DNA from: Convolutriloba macropyga
Lineage: Eukaryota
Assembly: GCF_964194025.1 (NCBI RefSeq)
Contig: NC_134479.1
Location: 6,324,001-6,388,000 of the forward strand
DNA length: 64,000 nt
Reading direction: 5' to 3'
Position numbers and translations under genes: made by a program. Under the pieces are notes generated by a model. It did not search any database. It had not been told where the DNA came from and was given only the letters and a program-made list of their open reading frames with translations. Numbering within the stretch: position 1 is the stretch's first letter; each line of letters starts with the position of its first letter. Positions 36,921 to 50,751 of this stretch are shown here, one piece after another.

Positions 36921-38295
36921 GCCAAGCAGGTCACCAATTTGCTCTGCCGCTTCTTTCCCGTCAAAACCCCGATCAATGTTGTTATGCCCAAGATGGAATG
37001 TAAGGCTCTCCGATTTTGTTCCTGTTTAATACAATTAATCGGTACAGTTGACATCACTCATGGATGGGGATGGATAGCAGGTTAAAATTGTTTCGCTATT
37101 GATATCGATTTGTTTTGTGAATTTTAAACTGCTGTCCAAAACTATTTAATCTTAGCAAAACTAGGTTAATTTTTGGCTAAATTACTTGTTACTAGCACCC
37201 TCAGATGGTTTGTTTTCATTTTCTTTGATGCCGTCTTTAAATTTTTTCAGTATATTAACGGTTTCAACTCTTAAGTGAAACATTTCCGACGTTGCTTAAT
37301 CAGGTATTCATTTGTGGTCGTCTAAAGCTGAACGACGTTCTTCGTTTTCTAGTTCATTTCATGCATTTTTTGCTTTATATACTTCTAAATCTTTCCTGAG
37401 CTCATCAGTTTCACATTGCTGCAAATTCCTGCTAAGTGAAACCCAATAAAAAATAACGAAAAAAAAACTAATGACCTGAAAGGAACAATGTTTATATTTG
37501 GTTTGGTGTTAAACGCTGGCGAAATACAATAGGTCAATGTAGCTCCAGTAACGTTTTGAGTTGGCAAGTAGAACAATCAATCAACTGTCGGTAAAAATGT
37601 TTTCAAAAAGAATCTTGTGTGTTAAGCTGAAAGACTTAAAATGAAGTCTATACTGAGCTTATATAGTTGTTAGGAAAGGTCAAGTTTTTCGCATGTGTGT
37701 CCAGAAAAATCTCCATGCCGCTGACTTCTATTTTCTATTTTCTTTTCGTGTCTATGTTGGTTATGTGGTTGTCTAAGAGTTTTTGTTCTGTTATCTGTAA
37801 AATTCAAGATACAGATAAGTTTAATGAAGGCAAAATTGCCACACTCAGTTTTACCAATTTTTTGTTTCCATTTATGTTAATTGCATTGTTTATTTACGTT
37901 AAGTTCATTGTTTATTTTTTAATCATTGACATTTTGACAACATAAGGATTCAATGAGGAATATATTAAATAAAATCTATCAGAATCAGAAGATCTTTGGC
38001 TTCTTTGTTCTCCACATAATTTACATATGACACGCAATCGACATAATTTAAGGCCCGAAAAAGACCGGCTATGATTACGCTATATTTTTAAGATTCATGC
38101 GCAAAATACAGCAAAGTGTTTTGAAGGCGAGATTGGGTGCGTTCAGGTGATTCTGATTGTATATTGTAAATATATTTTGTGTTGAACTGGGCGAGCTATT
38201 TTGTTCAACAGTTAAAACAATGAACCTTATGGATCTTTTCCGTTTGTGCCCCCCAAGCTTAGTGGATGCATATTATTTGCATATCAAAACTCGGA

Positions 38296-38583
38296 GCTGA
38301 CAAGTTCAACGGGGGGAGGACATTGCTGCAGATTGAGAGATTACAACGGGGGGAGGACAATTTTGTTCTAATTAAACAAAATATCCCCATCTTCAGTAAA
38401 ATATCCCCATCTTCACTCTGCAGTAAAATATCCCCATCTTCAGGGGACATTTTACTGCAAAAAGTTACAATAAAAAAGTTACAATGAGGGGGTGGGGGTA
38501 TTTTTGTGTAGGGTAAAAATATCCCCCATTGTAAACCAATCTGCAGTAAATACCCCCCCCCCCTGTTGAGGTTCTAGTCAGCT
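38296..38583. mobile_element. MITE with G/C-tract TIRs and internal AAAATATCCCCATCTTCA repeats, next to a lone Merlin-like end at 38231
   Basis: AGCTGAC..TCAACGGGGGG..CTGCAGATTG versus CAATCTGCAG..CCCCCTGTTGA..GTCAGCT; no TSD seen. Confidence 0.55.
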
Positions 38584-38803
38584 TTTATTACTACTACTTT
38601 TGTTCATGAAACTGAAATATTACTTCTTCATTACACTCAAAATATTTAGAAATTTTGTATGACCTTTTGATGATTTCGAAGAAAAAGGACAAATGACATA
38701 TGACCTAGTGTGCTATACCAGTATCATACATGACCTAGTATGACTTTTGAGAAATTTGTATTATGTATGATCCGGGTAAGAATTCCCAATGTATAACCCA
38801 ATG

Positions 38804-41800
38804 TGTAGAATTTTGTATTTTGTCGTAAGAAGGCTTCTAGCTGGGGACTAACTAGCGCCCAAAACCCTATCAAATTCCGAAAGATTTATTTGGTAGTTCC
38901 TCTTGTTGGAGGGAGTGTATTGTGTTGTAAAAAATGTTACTCTCTCGGCTGCTTGAAAACTTCACTCTGGATAATTGAATTAATAATCAAAATAAGTAAT
39001 ACCAGCAACAAGTAATGTTATAGCGAGAGGCCGTTCATTGAGTAAACTCAACAATCAAAAGGAATTTTCCTATCAAAACTAATTAATAGTCCACATTAAA
39101 TCAAACCAATTCAATCACTCTCCCCGCAAGTATCCACAAATCCAACACTTTACTTCCTGTCCCAGATAACTAAAATAAGTTCTGCCTGCCAGTTGCTATG
39201 TTTCTGGCCAGAAACTTTTACTCTTCGCAACCAAGAGTTTTCAATAACTTTGTAGTTTTATTCACTGCAACTGCGAAACTTCTTCGCAAAGAACTCACTA
39301 AACAACTACAATTCTCTCACTCTGAGAACCAGCTGCTCCACTTGAGCGTTTTCTCCCTCAATTTTAACTGACCAACCGCTGTTCTTCAGCCTCGGATGTC
39401 TCTCTCTCAGACACGATCTCTCTCGCCTGATGATTTTTCTTGTGCTTACGGGTACTCAACTTTATCAATTTCTATCAGCAAAATATAACGTGTCGTTCGT
39501 TTTAGAACATTTTGACCTAAAGTATAAGTGTAATCGTGGGCGTAGAAGTTTGGTCACACGCTGCAGTTTATCTTATATAAATGTTTGCTCAATATGACCG
39601 GAATTTCGGAAAACTCGATTTGATAAGTTCAGGATCCAACAAAACTTATGTTTCATGTTCAACAGCTCTTATACAAGTAGATGCATCTGTTTTATCTTTT
39701 TTCATGTTACTGAGCCTTCTCTGATTTAGCCCATGAGTACGCTTGCTCCCCTTATGAATCTTGCAATGTTTGTCTGAACCAACTTTTAACTGTTTTCTTA
39801 TAATCAGAATGATGAAAAAATCAGGGAAAACTGGGATCTTTCTGCCTTTTTTTTGTAGAAAATTCGTTATCGTTAGTACCATGAAACTGAACGAGAACTA
39901 ATTCCTGTTCTTCACGTTTGAATGTGGTTTTTGGTAGATATCTTTATTCTGGTAAGAGTGTTGTTTCTTCCATAGAAGCACAAAAAAATCAAGTATCGCC
40001 ATTTTGTTTGTTTTAAAAGACAATATGAACTGTTTCCCGTAACGAAAAAAAACCTTCGTTTTTCTCAATGCGTAAGGAAGTGCCCCAGGAATGATCAGTC
40101 AAATTTTCAGTACAATCAGGCTTGAGGAAGTAGGAATTTCAGGACTTGAGGGCGGGTTGGTGAAATTATGGAGGTTTGATTTTCTAGCGTTTGAAATTCT
40201 CTTTATCAGAATTTCCTTCCAGCCGCCATTGCGCCTTTTGGACTTATCTATTTATTCTCAAGAATACTTTGAAGCAATAATTAGTCCTATTTCCAACATC
40301 GAACTTGTTATTTCCACTAATAACTATTTTTTGCAAACTTTTTGACTTTTTGAACCACCAATACTTTAGTTACTGCTCTTTCTTGACAATAATGATTCCC
40401 TCCACTGTATAACAATCAAAACTATAGTACTGTTTCTTTCAGCTAGATCTGGTTTCAATTAGGTTCTGTAAATTTCCCAAATTTCACCTGATATACTCAA
40501 CTGTATGACAATTTGAAAATCAGAACACCAACAATTTTTTGCCATATTTACTCAGATTTGTTCCACATATGCCCCTAATCACAAATTCACTCTAATAATA
40601 GCGTTGCAATGAATGTTCCTCATAATTGCCTGACGACATTTCATCCAAAACTACAACTATATAAACAATCAAACAGAAGTTAGATTCAGTTTCTTTTTTA
40701 GTTTCAATTCTTCAGTCATTTTCCTTCAACCAACCATCTGGTCTATTTAATTGCGTTTTGCTACCACACCCGTCTAGTTTTTCATTTTCAAAGAAAATTA
40801 AGAACCTTCCAAATTACATCATAAAAGAATCATTTTAGTTATCAAAACTCTTTTTTCCTACCATTCGCAAAATAAAAACAATTGGTAAGTGTAATATTTA
40901 CATATTGCAAGTTTCAATGTCATGTAAGTTCAACGATTTAAAGTAGAAATTCCAAACTCCTCCCTCCTAGACTATTATTCTCCAGAATAATAAAAAAATT
41001 CCGTCGGTCCATGTATAATAGCACACTTTCTCCTTCGCACATTACTGTTTTTTTCAACTTAGTGAACATACGTAATTATGAACCATTAAATAGAGCTCCA
41101 GAAAATGCAGGTTAGATAAAGCCCGGAGTACCGATTAGTGATAAAACAGTTAATAAAATATATACGCAGGATCAAAAAAATGACTCAGTCAACCAATTGT
41201 TTTTAGAACAAAACTCTGGTTGAAGAGAAGCTCACATTCAAAACATTTCTATACCAACAATAGTTCTAACTCTGTCTAATCTTAACCTAATACCAGACAT
41301 TGCAATTAAACTCACCACCTTTTTTAATTGGTTTTGTCATTTAGAGCATATGCATTTCATTATAAACAGCCGACTAATTAATTTATGGCATAATAACTCA
41401 AAATCATAAGAGCTGCAGTCTAGAAAAATTAGACTTACTAGCTCTCACATCAGACAGCTCGACTTTACCAACTATGTAAACTCTTCTTTCTTCCTCCGAT
41501 GCTTGAAGGGATGTCCGCCTCCAGTCACCTTCTTCGACGTTTTCTTTGCTTTGCGCCACACCATCCTGGACAACTGATACTCCAGTTTCAGTATGTTCCA
41601 CTTTTCCTTCTAACTTACTCTTTGTTTTCCAAACAACAGCCTGCACAACTCACGGTATTCAAATTCCAGGCTTCTGGGACTGTCCTTTGCCCTCAACAAG
41701 ATTGGAGAAGAGCTAAACGACAGTTCCCTTCTATATTTCACTGTCTCTTCTTGGCCGGATACGCCCATTGACAACTGATTTAGATCAGTATCTACTGCTT

Positions 41801-44800
41801 TCGAGACTTCAAAATCCGAGGACTGCTCAAGTTTAGTATCTTGCTTCGAATAAGAGCTCTCGAGGTGTACTGCCACTACATTCTCTCCAGAATCAAATGC
41901 AAAACCATTGTTTTCATCGTTCTGAAATTTCAGCCCGATATCACTTTCCCTTGAAGGTGACATCGACTAATCGTCACCGAACTCTATCTGGTGATCGTGC
42001 AACACTTCACAATCCGATTCGCAATTTGAATTTTTTCCGAAAAAGACTTCTCCTGTAGTTGAAACTTTGCTTTACCCCACCATCAGTGACTGCTCAATCT
42101 CGCTATTTACAGTTTGTTCGCTCTGAAGAATTCTGTCACTTTCATCATAGAAGAAAATCACTTTCCAGTTTTTCTCATATGAGTGGAGTAATTGAGGCTC
42201 CGAGTTTAACGAACTTTTTTTCTTGCAATCAGACTCTTCCAAATTCATCTCACCTAAGCCAAAAATAACATCTAAGCCAACACAACTTCCATCTTGGCCA
42301 TCAACGAAAATGTCAGACATCTTTAATTCTTCAGCAGTTGAATGGTCACAAACATTTTAAATAACTGATTACAGATGCCGCTATTTCTGCATCGAAGACC
42401 TGATCCTCCAGCTTTTTAAAATTTGCAGGCGCTAGCTGCTGACGCGAAGTTCTTAAAACATTTTCACCTTCCTGTATAGTATCACCGCTGCCTCTAACGA
42501 TTGCAAAAATTTATATAGTCCTCGCTTTCATTTTTGTCTGTTTCATCATCTGCGTTTTCTTTCCAAATCTCAGAGGAAAAATTTTCGCCTGATATCGCGG
42601 TTGCAGTTGATTTTCTTCTTTGCTCCCTTCTGAAATTCTATCCGCGTTTGCTTTGTTTTCGTGCTTTTACAACTTTTGGTCGCATTGCAAGCTGGATCGT
42701 CTGTTGGGAAACATACAAAAATCTCTTGTAATTTCTCACAGCTATCCCCAGATGAGGTTCGGGTCAAACTAAGCTGATCATAGTGCTGCGACCCAGTATT
42801 GACTATACCCTGGCGTGAACTATTAACAATCAAATTTCCACTAAAATATTTCTGCTGCTGTGGCCAAATCACCTCTGTGAGCAAAGTTAAAGTGCGTCAT
42901 AGATGTTTCTTCAACATCTATCCATTCGCCAAGTTAAGGCAAGACAGAACCGGCTTTGATTTGTTCAAGAGTTATCGAACTTTTTGAGCACGGCTTTTCA
43001 ACTGGTATTTTATTTTCAATAAGTGGCTCAAATACTTCAGAGTTACTTCACTACTCATGAATGTTTGGAACGGACACGTCGTCGTCCATGCATCCAAATT
43101 TGTTTTCACCGTCGTTAATGAAAAAGCTGTCGTCATCACTAAAATCGTCGTCACTTAAAATTGCATTATCCTCTAACTTACTTTTAGCAATTGCCTCAAG
43201 CGCTTCGCATCTCAATTCTTCAGTTTTATAATCTTACCAATGTCCCACCGTGCAATGCATCGGTCCATCATTTCCTTGAATTGCTCGTCGCTCGTCTTTG
43301 GTTTCGCCACATTACGCTCTTCTATATCTCTAACTAAATACAAATTTTCATTGTTTCCAGCACTCATCAATTACGCAACAGTCTCCAACATTGGCGGGTT
43401 GTCAGTACTCTTTAAATTGCTTTCTTTTCTATCGTCTGTGACATCAGGTTTCTCTTCGAGCACCGCATATACTCCAAAACCCAATAGATTTAAACGCTGA
43501 CCAACGTTTAGCCAAAGATCCCTTTCCCAATTTTCCCAGCATAACTGATTTAACAATATCGGTTGTCCACTTAACATCCTTCTGTTTGCCAAATTGTTGA
43601 GTCCGCTTATTGCTCGGTAACTCCTCTGTGTCAGCAACGTCACATTGAAACACTGTTTTTCCAATTTCACACTGCAAAGCCGCTTTCTCAATTTCCTTCT
43701 TTTCTGTCAAGTATCTCTCAAAGGCAACTTGATACATCTTTGAAATATTTGACAGTCTCAAGTCAAAGAAATACAAATTTTCTTTAAGCGTCCAAGCGTA
43801 CTTTTGATTGGGTTTCCAAAATTCACGGGGCAAATGATTTAAAGCATAAACCACGCAACTTCTCTGGTAAATATCTCTTGACTTCTTGTTCTGTCCAAAT
43901 CAACACTTCACAAATATCCAAGCAATACTCACGCCAGTCCTCCCAAACTTCATTTCCAGGCAAAGGTAAATGTTTTATAAATCCGATTCCTGCCATTGTT
44001 CTCCAAAATGCTTCACTCTACTCTGAATGCTCCTCTGTGGCTTCAATTTCTGCCGCAAATCTTCTCAGCTCTTCTTCTCATCTCTGTCTGAGTAACCTTC
44101 TCAATCTAGCGGTTCGGCTACTTCCACCACTACGCTCAGTTAGAATCCTCGTCCCGAGAAAAATGACTGAATAGCTTCCAGAAAAACCCTCTCCGGGTAA
44201 TATCTGTCTCTGTTGCTCAGATTCATTCGATCTCCTTCGTTCCACAACACTCCTCATCTCGTTCCAACTATTGTAAACGTGTTCCTCAACTTGCTCTGCG
44301 TCAAAAGTTGCCAAGTTTGAGCACTTGTTGCAAATTTCTCAGAACTCTTTTCGTAATCGTATTCAAACTTTCTGAATAATCCCTCCTTAACAAGAGAGCC
44401 CAACCAGGAGCACCACTGTAGAAATTTGTATTTTGCCGTTAGAAGGCGTCTATCTTGCGACTGAATAGCGCCCAAAACCTTATGAAATTTCCGGAAGATG
44501 TATTTGGTAGTTCATCTTGTTGTAGAGAGTGTAGTGTTTTCCCCAAAAATGTTGTTCGCTCGGCTGATTGAAAACTTCACTCGGTATAATTGAATTAATA
44601 ATCAAAATAAGTAATACCAGCAACAAATAATGTTATAGCCAGAGTCACTTAATTGAGGAGCAATCAAAAGGAATTTTCCTATCAAAACTAATTAATGGTC
44701 CACATTAAATCAAACCAATTCAATCACTCTCCCCGCAAGTATCCACAAATCTGTCACTTTACTTCCTATCCCAGATAACTACAATAAGTTCTGCCTGCCA

Positions 44801-46850
44801 GTTGCTATGTTACTGGCCAGAAACTTTTACTCTTCGCAACCAAGAGTTTTCAATAACTTTGTAGTTTTATTCACTGCAACTGCGAAACTTTTTTGCAAAG
44901 AACTCACTAAACAACACCAATTTTCTCACTCTGAGAACCAACAGCTCCACTTGAGCTTTTTCTCTCCCATTTTTGAATAATGAATCGCTGTTCTTCAGCC
45001 TCGAAATTCTCTCTCTCTCAGTCTCGATCTTTCTCGTCTGATGGTTTTTCTTGTGCTTAAGGGTACTCAGCCTTATCAGTTTCTATCAGGAAAATATAAC
45101 GTGTCGTTCCTTTTAGAACATTTTGACCTAACGTATCAGTGTAATCGTGGGCGTAGAAGATTGGTCACACGCTGCAGATTATCTTATATAAATGATTGCT
45201 CAATATGACCGGAATTTCGTGGACAAATCGCTTTGATAAGTTCAAGATAGAACAAAATTTATGTTTCATGTTCAACAGTTCTTATACAAGTACATGCATA
45301 TGTTTTATCCTTTTTCATGTTACTGAGCCTTCTCTGATTTAGCCCATGAGTACGTTTACTCCCCTTGTGGATCTTGCAATGCTTGTGTTAACCAACTTTT
45401 AACTATTTTCTTATAATCACAATGATGAAAAAATCAGGGAAAACTGAGATCTTTCTGCCTTTTCCTATGTAGAATATTCGGTAGCGTTAATACCATGCAA
45501 CTGAACGATTCCTAATTCGCGTTCTTCACGTTTGAGCGTGGTTTTTGGTAGATATTTTGATTCTGGTAAGCGGGTTGTTTCTTTTATAGAAGCACAAAAA
45601 AAATCAGTTATCGCCTTTTTTGTTTGTTTTAAAAGCCAGAATGAACGGTTTCAGGTGCCGGAAAAACCCGTTGTTTTTCTCAATGCGTAAGGAATTGTTC
45701 CAGGAATGATCAGTTAAAATTTCAGGGTAATCAGGCTTGAGGAAGTAGGATTTTCTGGACTTGCGGGGGGGGGGGGGTGGTGAAACTATGGACTCTTGAT
45801 TTTCTAACGTCTGAGTTTCTCTCTATCAGAATTTCCTCCAAACAGCCCTTGTGCTCTTTTGCACTTGTCAATCTTTTCTCAAGAATACTTTGGAGCAATA
45901 GTTAGTTCTATTTCAAACATCCATCTTACTTCATAACTCGATATTTCCACTAAAATTTCTCTTTTGCAAACTTTTTGACCTTTTGAACCTCCAATACTTT
46001 AGTTACAGCTTTTTCTTGACATTAATAATTACTTTACAATTACCAAAACTATAACATTGTTTGTTTTACCTAGCTCTAGTTTCAATTAGGATCTGTAAAT
46101 TTCCCAAATAGCACCTGATATACTCAACTTTATGACAGCTTGAAGATCAGAACACCAACAATTTTTTGCAACAAAAAACAATCGGTAAGTGTAATTTTTA
46201 CTATACAGTACGCTTTTCTTTTTCACGAAATAAAATTAGTGACACATACTTTTCTCTACTGTTCTTTGTTTTCTGATTTCTTTGTTAGGGGTTATCTTTA
46301 GGGGCATATAAACATCCTTTTTTTTGGAAAAATTCAATAGATTTGTGCGGCAAATCCGTCCAAGCATATCTTTTGTTTTTCTCCCTTCTTTAAGCAGTAC
46401 TTTTTTCTTTTTAACATAGTCATTATATCAAACCTGAAAACAACAAACTTGTAGCTTCTTATAAAGAATGAATACTCTTTTTTATTATACCAAAACTGTT
46501 TTTAGAGGGTGCATTTTTGGGGTCTGGGGAAGTCATAAATAAATAACATTGCTTTTCCCAAGTTCTTCCATTCTTTTTTTGCTGTAAGCATACTTTGCTC
46601 CTTTAATGATCTCTGATTTTCGTCCTGACTTTTTCTGACAACTTGATCACTTTGCAAAGCTAGTCTCCCTTTTGTTTACTTAACAAGCATTTAATTAATT
46701 CGCTCCAACTTACTCCGCTCAAGTCCATTCCTTTTGTTTGCATAGCCAGTATGCTCAATATTAGCTCCTAAACTCTGCAAACCAATTAACCACCCAAAAT
46801 GCAAGTTTCAATGTCATGTAAGTTCAACGATTTAAAGTAGAAATTCCACA
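38804..46850 (-). mobile_element. Complete non-autonomous LTR retrotransposon with very long LTRs
   Basis: LTRs 38804-40956 and 44417-46850; 5-bp TSD CAATG at 38799-38803 and 46851-46855; PBS TGGTGCTCCTGGTTGGGC (minus, 44415-44398); PPT AGGAGGGAGGAG (minus, ~40968-40957); internal region has decayed gag/protease-like frames and no RT/IN motifs that I could see. Confidence 0.88.
41400..44330 (-). pseudogene. Decayed gag(-protease)-like coding region of the long-LTR element
   Basis: Chain of co-oriented ORF fragments (44078-44314, 43444-43854, 42072-42320, 41610-41963); GLDVIFG resembles a retropepsin C-terminal motif. Confidence 0.5.
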
Positions 46851-47399
46851 CAATGAATTTTAGGAGGTCTATAGTTGAGGTTTATAGTTGCGATATTCCT
46901 TCTCCTTGTTCCATGCTACTAACTCAAACTCAGTATCCTGTCACCGCATTCACCATAAATCCAATAGTTTTTGGCAATTTTTTGGGTGTTGACACTTTTT
47001 TGTTTAATTTGTTTTCTCAGCATAATTTTTTTTGAATTATCAAGAATTGGTCATAGCTATATACCGAAATTTTGCGAGAAATTCAATGAATCTTTAGCAA
47101 CTTTCAGCGCTTTTTCGGTACATCATTTGGCACATTCTCAACTTTTAAATTATTTTCAGCACTTTTCAGCGCATTATGTGGTACATTCCTAATTTCAACA
47201 AGTTTTTACAAAAATTCAGCTCTATTTTCAGCGTGTTCCTCTAATTTCAGAACATTATTACAAAATTTTAGCTCGTCAGAAAAAAATTAATTCAAGATAC
47301 TTAAAACTTCAATGACCGTACTATAATGACAGCCAGCAACAGGTGTCAGCGGATTATTGAATAATTTTGCAGCAAAACTGAAGAGCTCTTAAACGCAAT

Positions 47400-48000
47400 A
47401 CAGCAGCTGTTTTTCAAATTATGAAAAGCTATCATATTTTTAACTGATAGTTCTCCTCAATTCTAATTGATAATTTTCTTCAAGAAGTTTTCATAAATTC
47501 TCATTCTCAAATTTTGGCAATATTTATGTTTTTGAAAATATAGAAAGAAACAGGTTAACCATATCTTCCTCCTTTTCATCGCTCCTAATTTACCAACAAT
47601 CCTCTCATTAGGTGAGTTGGTTTGAAGCAATTTAATCCTGAAGTATCAAACTCAGCTAGTGATCATTCCCGTCTTCAGTTGAGGTAAAACAAAACCAAAT
47701 TCTCTTATTAAAAATTGATGGTAAACAATAATGGGATCTTTTCTGTTTTTGGTCGTGGACAGCTATGTTTGCAGATAAGGTCTGAAAATTTTCTAGCATT
47801 GCAGTTGACGAATTAATTGTGGATGGAAAATTTTTCACTGATAGAATGAATAATATCCCTGTCAAGAGTCCAAAAAACAATTGTTTACTGGATAGTAACG
47901 GAAAGCGTAAACATATCGAAGTCCCTTGTTTATGCAAACTTTTACGAATCCAACGGTAGTGCAACAACGTTTAGCCACGGTCTTTCAATGATTTGACCTA
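47400..48000 (-). pseudogene. Highly degenerate LINE RT fragment
   Basis: LLTGILFILSVKNFP resembles GPLLFIL.VND.P; downstream GFVFTS..DH-like remnant. Confidence 0.35.
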
Positions 48001-48968
48001 CCGAAGTCGATGTTCTTTTGCTCTTATTATAATAATATTATCATGCTGACAACACTTGAGTCTCAGCAAATTCTTTGATGAATTTGAATTTGGTTAAATT
48101 AAAATTATTAACATTTTTGTTTAATTCGTGCTGACTATCAATGGCGATTTCAAATCAGTTTTGATTCATGTTAGGTTGTTTCCCCGTCTCAATAGTCAGT
48201 CGTACATTAACATAGATATTAAGCATGATCATATAATCATTCCATGACAATTTTTGATATCAGGCTGTCATTTGATAAAATAGTAAACATAGAATGGCCA
48301 TATTTATAACTTAATTTACAAAAACTTACATTAGCTAAGCAAAAAAATGTAACGTCACTATATCCTTCAAACGAAATCAATTTATCTTGATCATCGAATG
48401 CGAGCAAGTGACTGTTAATGATCAGAAAAAGTCGATTAGTGGTCATCCGTCTATTTATAATTATTTGTTTGTTTTGTTCCCATCCGTAGTGATAAACACT
48501 TGTACTATGACATCTCGTTGACTGTTATAAATGAAACGGAAAATTGTTAAGTTTTTGATCGATTACTGTCAATGATAGATTCTCACTATGAAACATTTTA
48601 ACTAATCTTTGAGTAAATAAAAAAGCGACAAAAGAATTGATTTTCATTTTCTTCATAATAACTTCATATTAATGTGGGTCTTTTTACAATTTTGTCCTTT
48701 TATTACAAATTTATGCTAATTTTTGAAGCGAGCCTTGAAATTTTTTCTCATCTCAATGGAGGTCATAATTTGTATTTCCTAACTTTGCCGAAAGAAGACA
48801 GCCCGTACCTAAACCCCAGAGATAATCAGTACTGAATCAGAACAACCTCAGAGAAATTTAGGTCTTCAGTACTGAATCGGAGATAAATCAGAACTTAAGC
48901 TTAACTCAATAAACCCACGTACCATATCTCATTCAAATTTTCTGTTCAGATTTCAAGAATTCAAGAAT

Positions 48969-49233
48969 ATGATTCGAATTCACCCAATCACAGTTCTTCC
49001 AATTTCAATTTTGATCAGCACCTGGGCTATAATTGTGTCGACGGCGGACTATAATCGCCCTATAGACCCCAAAGACTACCAGGAAATAATTGGGAATGGC
49101 TTTTCCACAAATTACTTCAAGACTCTCAACTTCAAGAAGTACAACAAGCAGAACTTGTTGGATGTGTACGAGAAGGGATTCCGAAATCTCCGACTGAGAT
49201 GCAGAGCTGATTTGGAGGGAATCAACATGACAG
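48969..49233 (+). CDS. GH5 glycoside hydrolase (endoglucanase/cellulase family), coding exon 1 with signal peptide
   Basis: Hydrophobic N-terminus; YQEIIGNGF..FKT..YN..DVYEKGFRNLRLR matches the GH5 GF..vRl motif; donor ACAG|GC. Confidence 0.82.
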
Positions 49234-49326
49234 GCGAAAATTGTTCACTGTTTACACTAGAACAGCCTAGCCTTCGCGGGCTTATTAAAATGGAGCTTGA
49301 CAGGTTATATAAAATATATAGGATCA

Positions 49327-49328
<2 letters not shown>

Positions 49329-49372
<44 letters not shown>
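49329..49372. repeat. (TA)n microsatellite
   Basis: About 21 TA units. Confidence 0.95.
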
Positions 49373-49379
<7 letters not shown>

Positions 49380-49389
49380 GTGTGGGGGG

Positions 49390-50600
49390 TGTGTCAACGA
49401 TTTCTCTGGAAACTGGAAAACTGGAAGGTCAAAATGTTATTGTTCAATTTGCGGATGACACTAGAATTAAATGCAAATTGGAAAGTAAAAAATATTCCAT
49501 TAAAAACTGAAAAAAATATTAGAACAGCCAGACAAATACCTGACAGAGAATCAACTCACACTAAATGCTGTTAAAACACTCACGTGCACATTTTGAAATG
49601 CCGAAAACTTGCAGTACCAGAAGTTAAAATTCCAGAAGTTGCTAATTAGCCAGAAGCTGAATTTCGTTGACTTTCGTCATTTTAAAATGTGCGCGTTTCG
49701 TGTTTTAAGCATGGTTACGTGACTCTGCAGAAGTCACTTGGAAATTCTGACATAATATCTCCAAACGCTTCGCGGTTACCGATAAACGCCAGAAGTTCTC
49801 AGTGACTTCAAGCAGAGTCACGTCACCGTCACATAAAACAGAGATGTTATTCTTTACAAATGATACTAATTTGGGACCAGAGTTTACTTTTAAAGGTGAA
49901 GTTATCGAAGCAGATCATGCTTGTTGTTATCTTGGAGTACAAATTGATTCAAACCTAACCTTTCAAAATCACCTTAACTTAGTCTTACGCAAAATGGCTA
50001 ACGCAATTCGTTCTTTGTATCTTGTAAGGAATCAAATTCCTTTAAAAGTCAGAGTTGATGTTTTCAAGTCAGTTTTACTCTCTCTTCTTTCTTCCAGTGG
50101 AATATTCTTTCAAACTCTTACAGCAAAAAACATAAACCGCATAAATAGTCAAAGTAACTGGGAATAAAAATTTGTTGATTTCGACAAAAATTTGACCACT
50201 CCACTGATCTTCTCATTAAGGATCGTATCCTGTTAACCGAAATGTTTACTCAAAATTTAGCTTAATGGAGCTACAAACAGATATAGGACACTGGGAAACA
50301 TCTTTTAAAATGCTTACTAGTCGCCAAAACGCTACACAAAACAAGAGAACGAGTCAAATCATTATAAAAAAAAGAACGAAAACGAAGTGGAGTAACAATT
50401 CTTTGATGTTGAAAAACGTTAAAAATGGAACAAATTGCCCTCCTCAATGAAAACTTTTAACAGTAGAACCTGCTTTAAAAATGTTTTATTCGAGTTTTTG
50501 CTCGATCAGCACAAGAAAGTACTCGTTAATAGACAAATAGGAGTCTTCAAATCCTATTTTTACCTATGAGAACGAACAGTCACAATTGAAGGGTTGTTAT
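49390..50600 (+). mobile_element. 5'-truncated LINE remnant (RT C-terminus) in GH5 intron 1, interrupted at ~49570-49830
   Basis: VQFADDT, NQLTLNA|KTEMLFF, CYLGVQIDSNLTFQNHL. Confidence 0.78.
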
Positions 50601-50751
50601 ATTAATAACAATACTGATACTGTGATCAAATTATAACATTTGAAAGCATGTGGGCATCTAACCTTAGGGTTATAATCAGAATAATTTACATGTTTTACTT
50701 CGAAAAAAATAATGAAAGTGAACTTTCCCCATGACGTCATTACTGTCGCAG

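Noticed and set aside
33900-38200. Short ORFs in AT-rich sequence
   Set aside because: No convincing motifs; probably very old TE debris that I cannot classify.
49234-49574. C-terminal half of the 201-aa ORF at 48969
   Set aside because: Reads through the intron into a (TA)n repeat and a LINE fragment.
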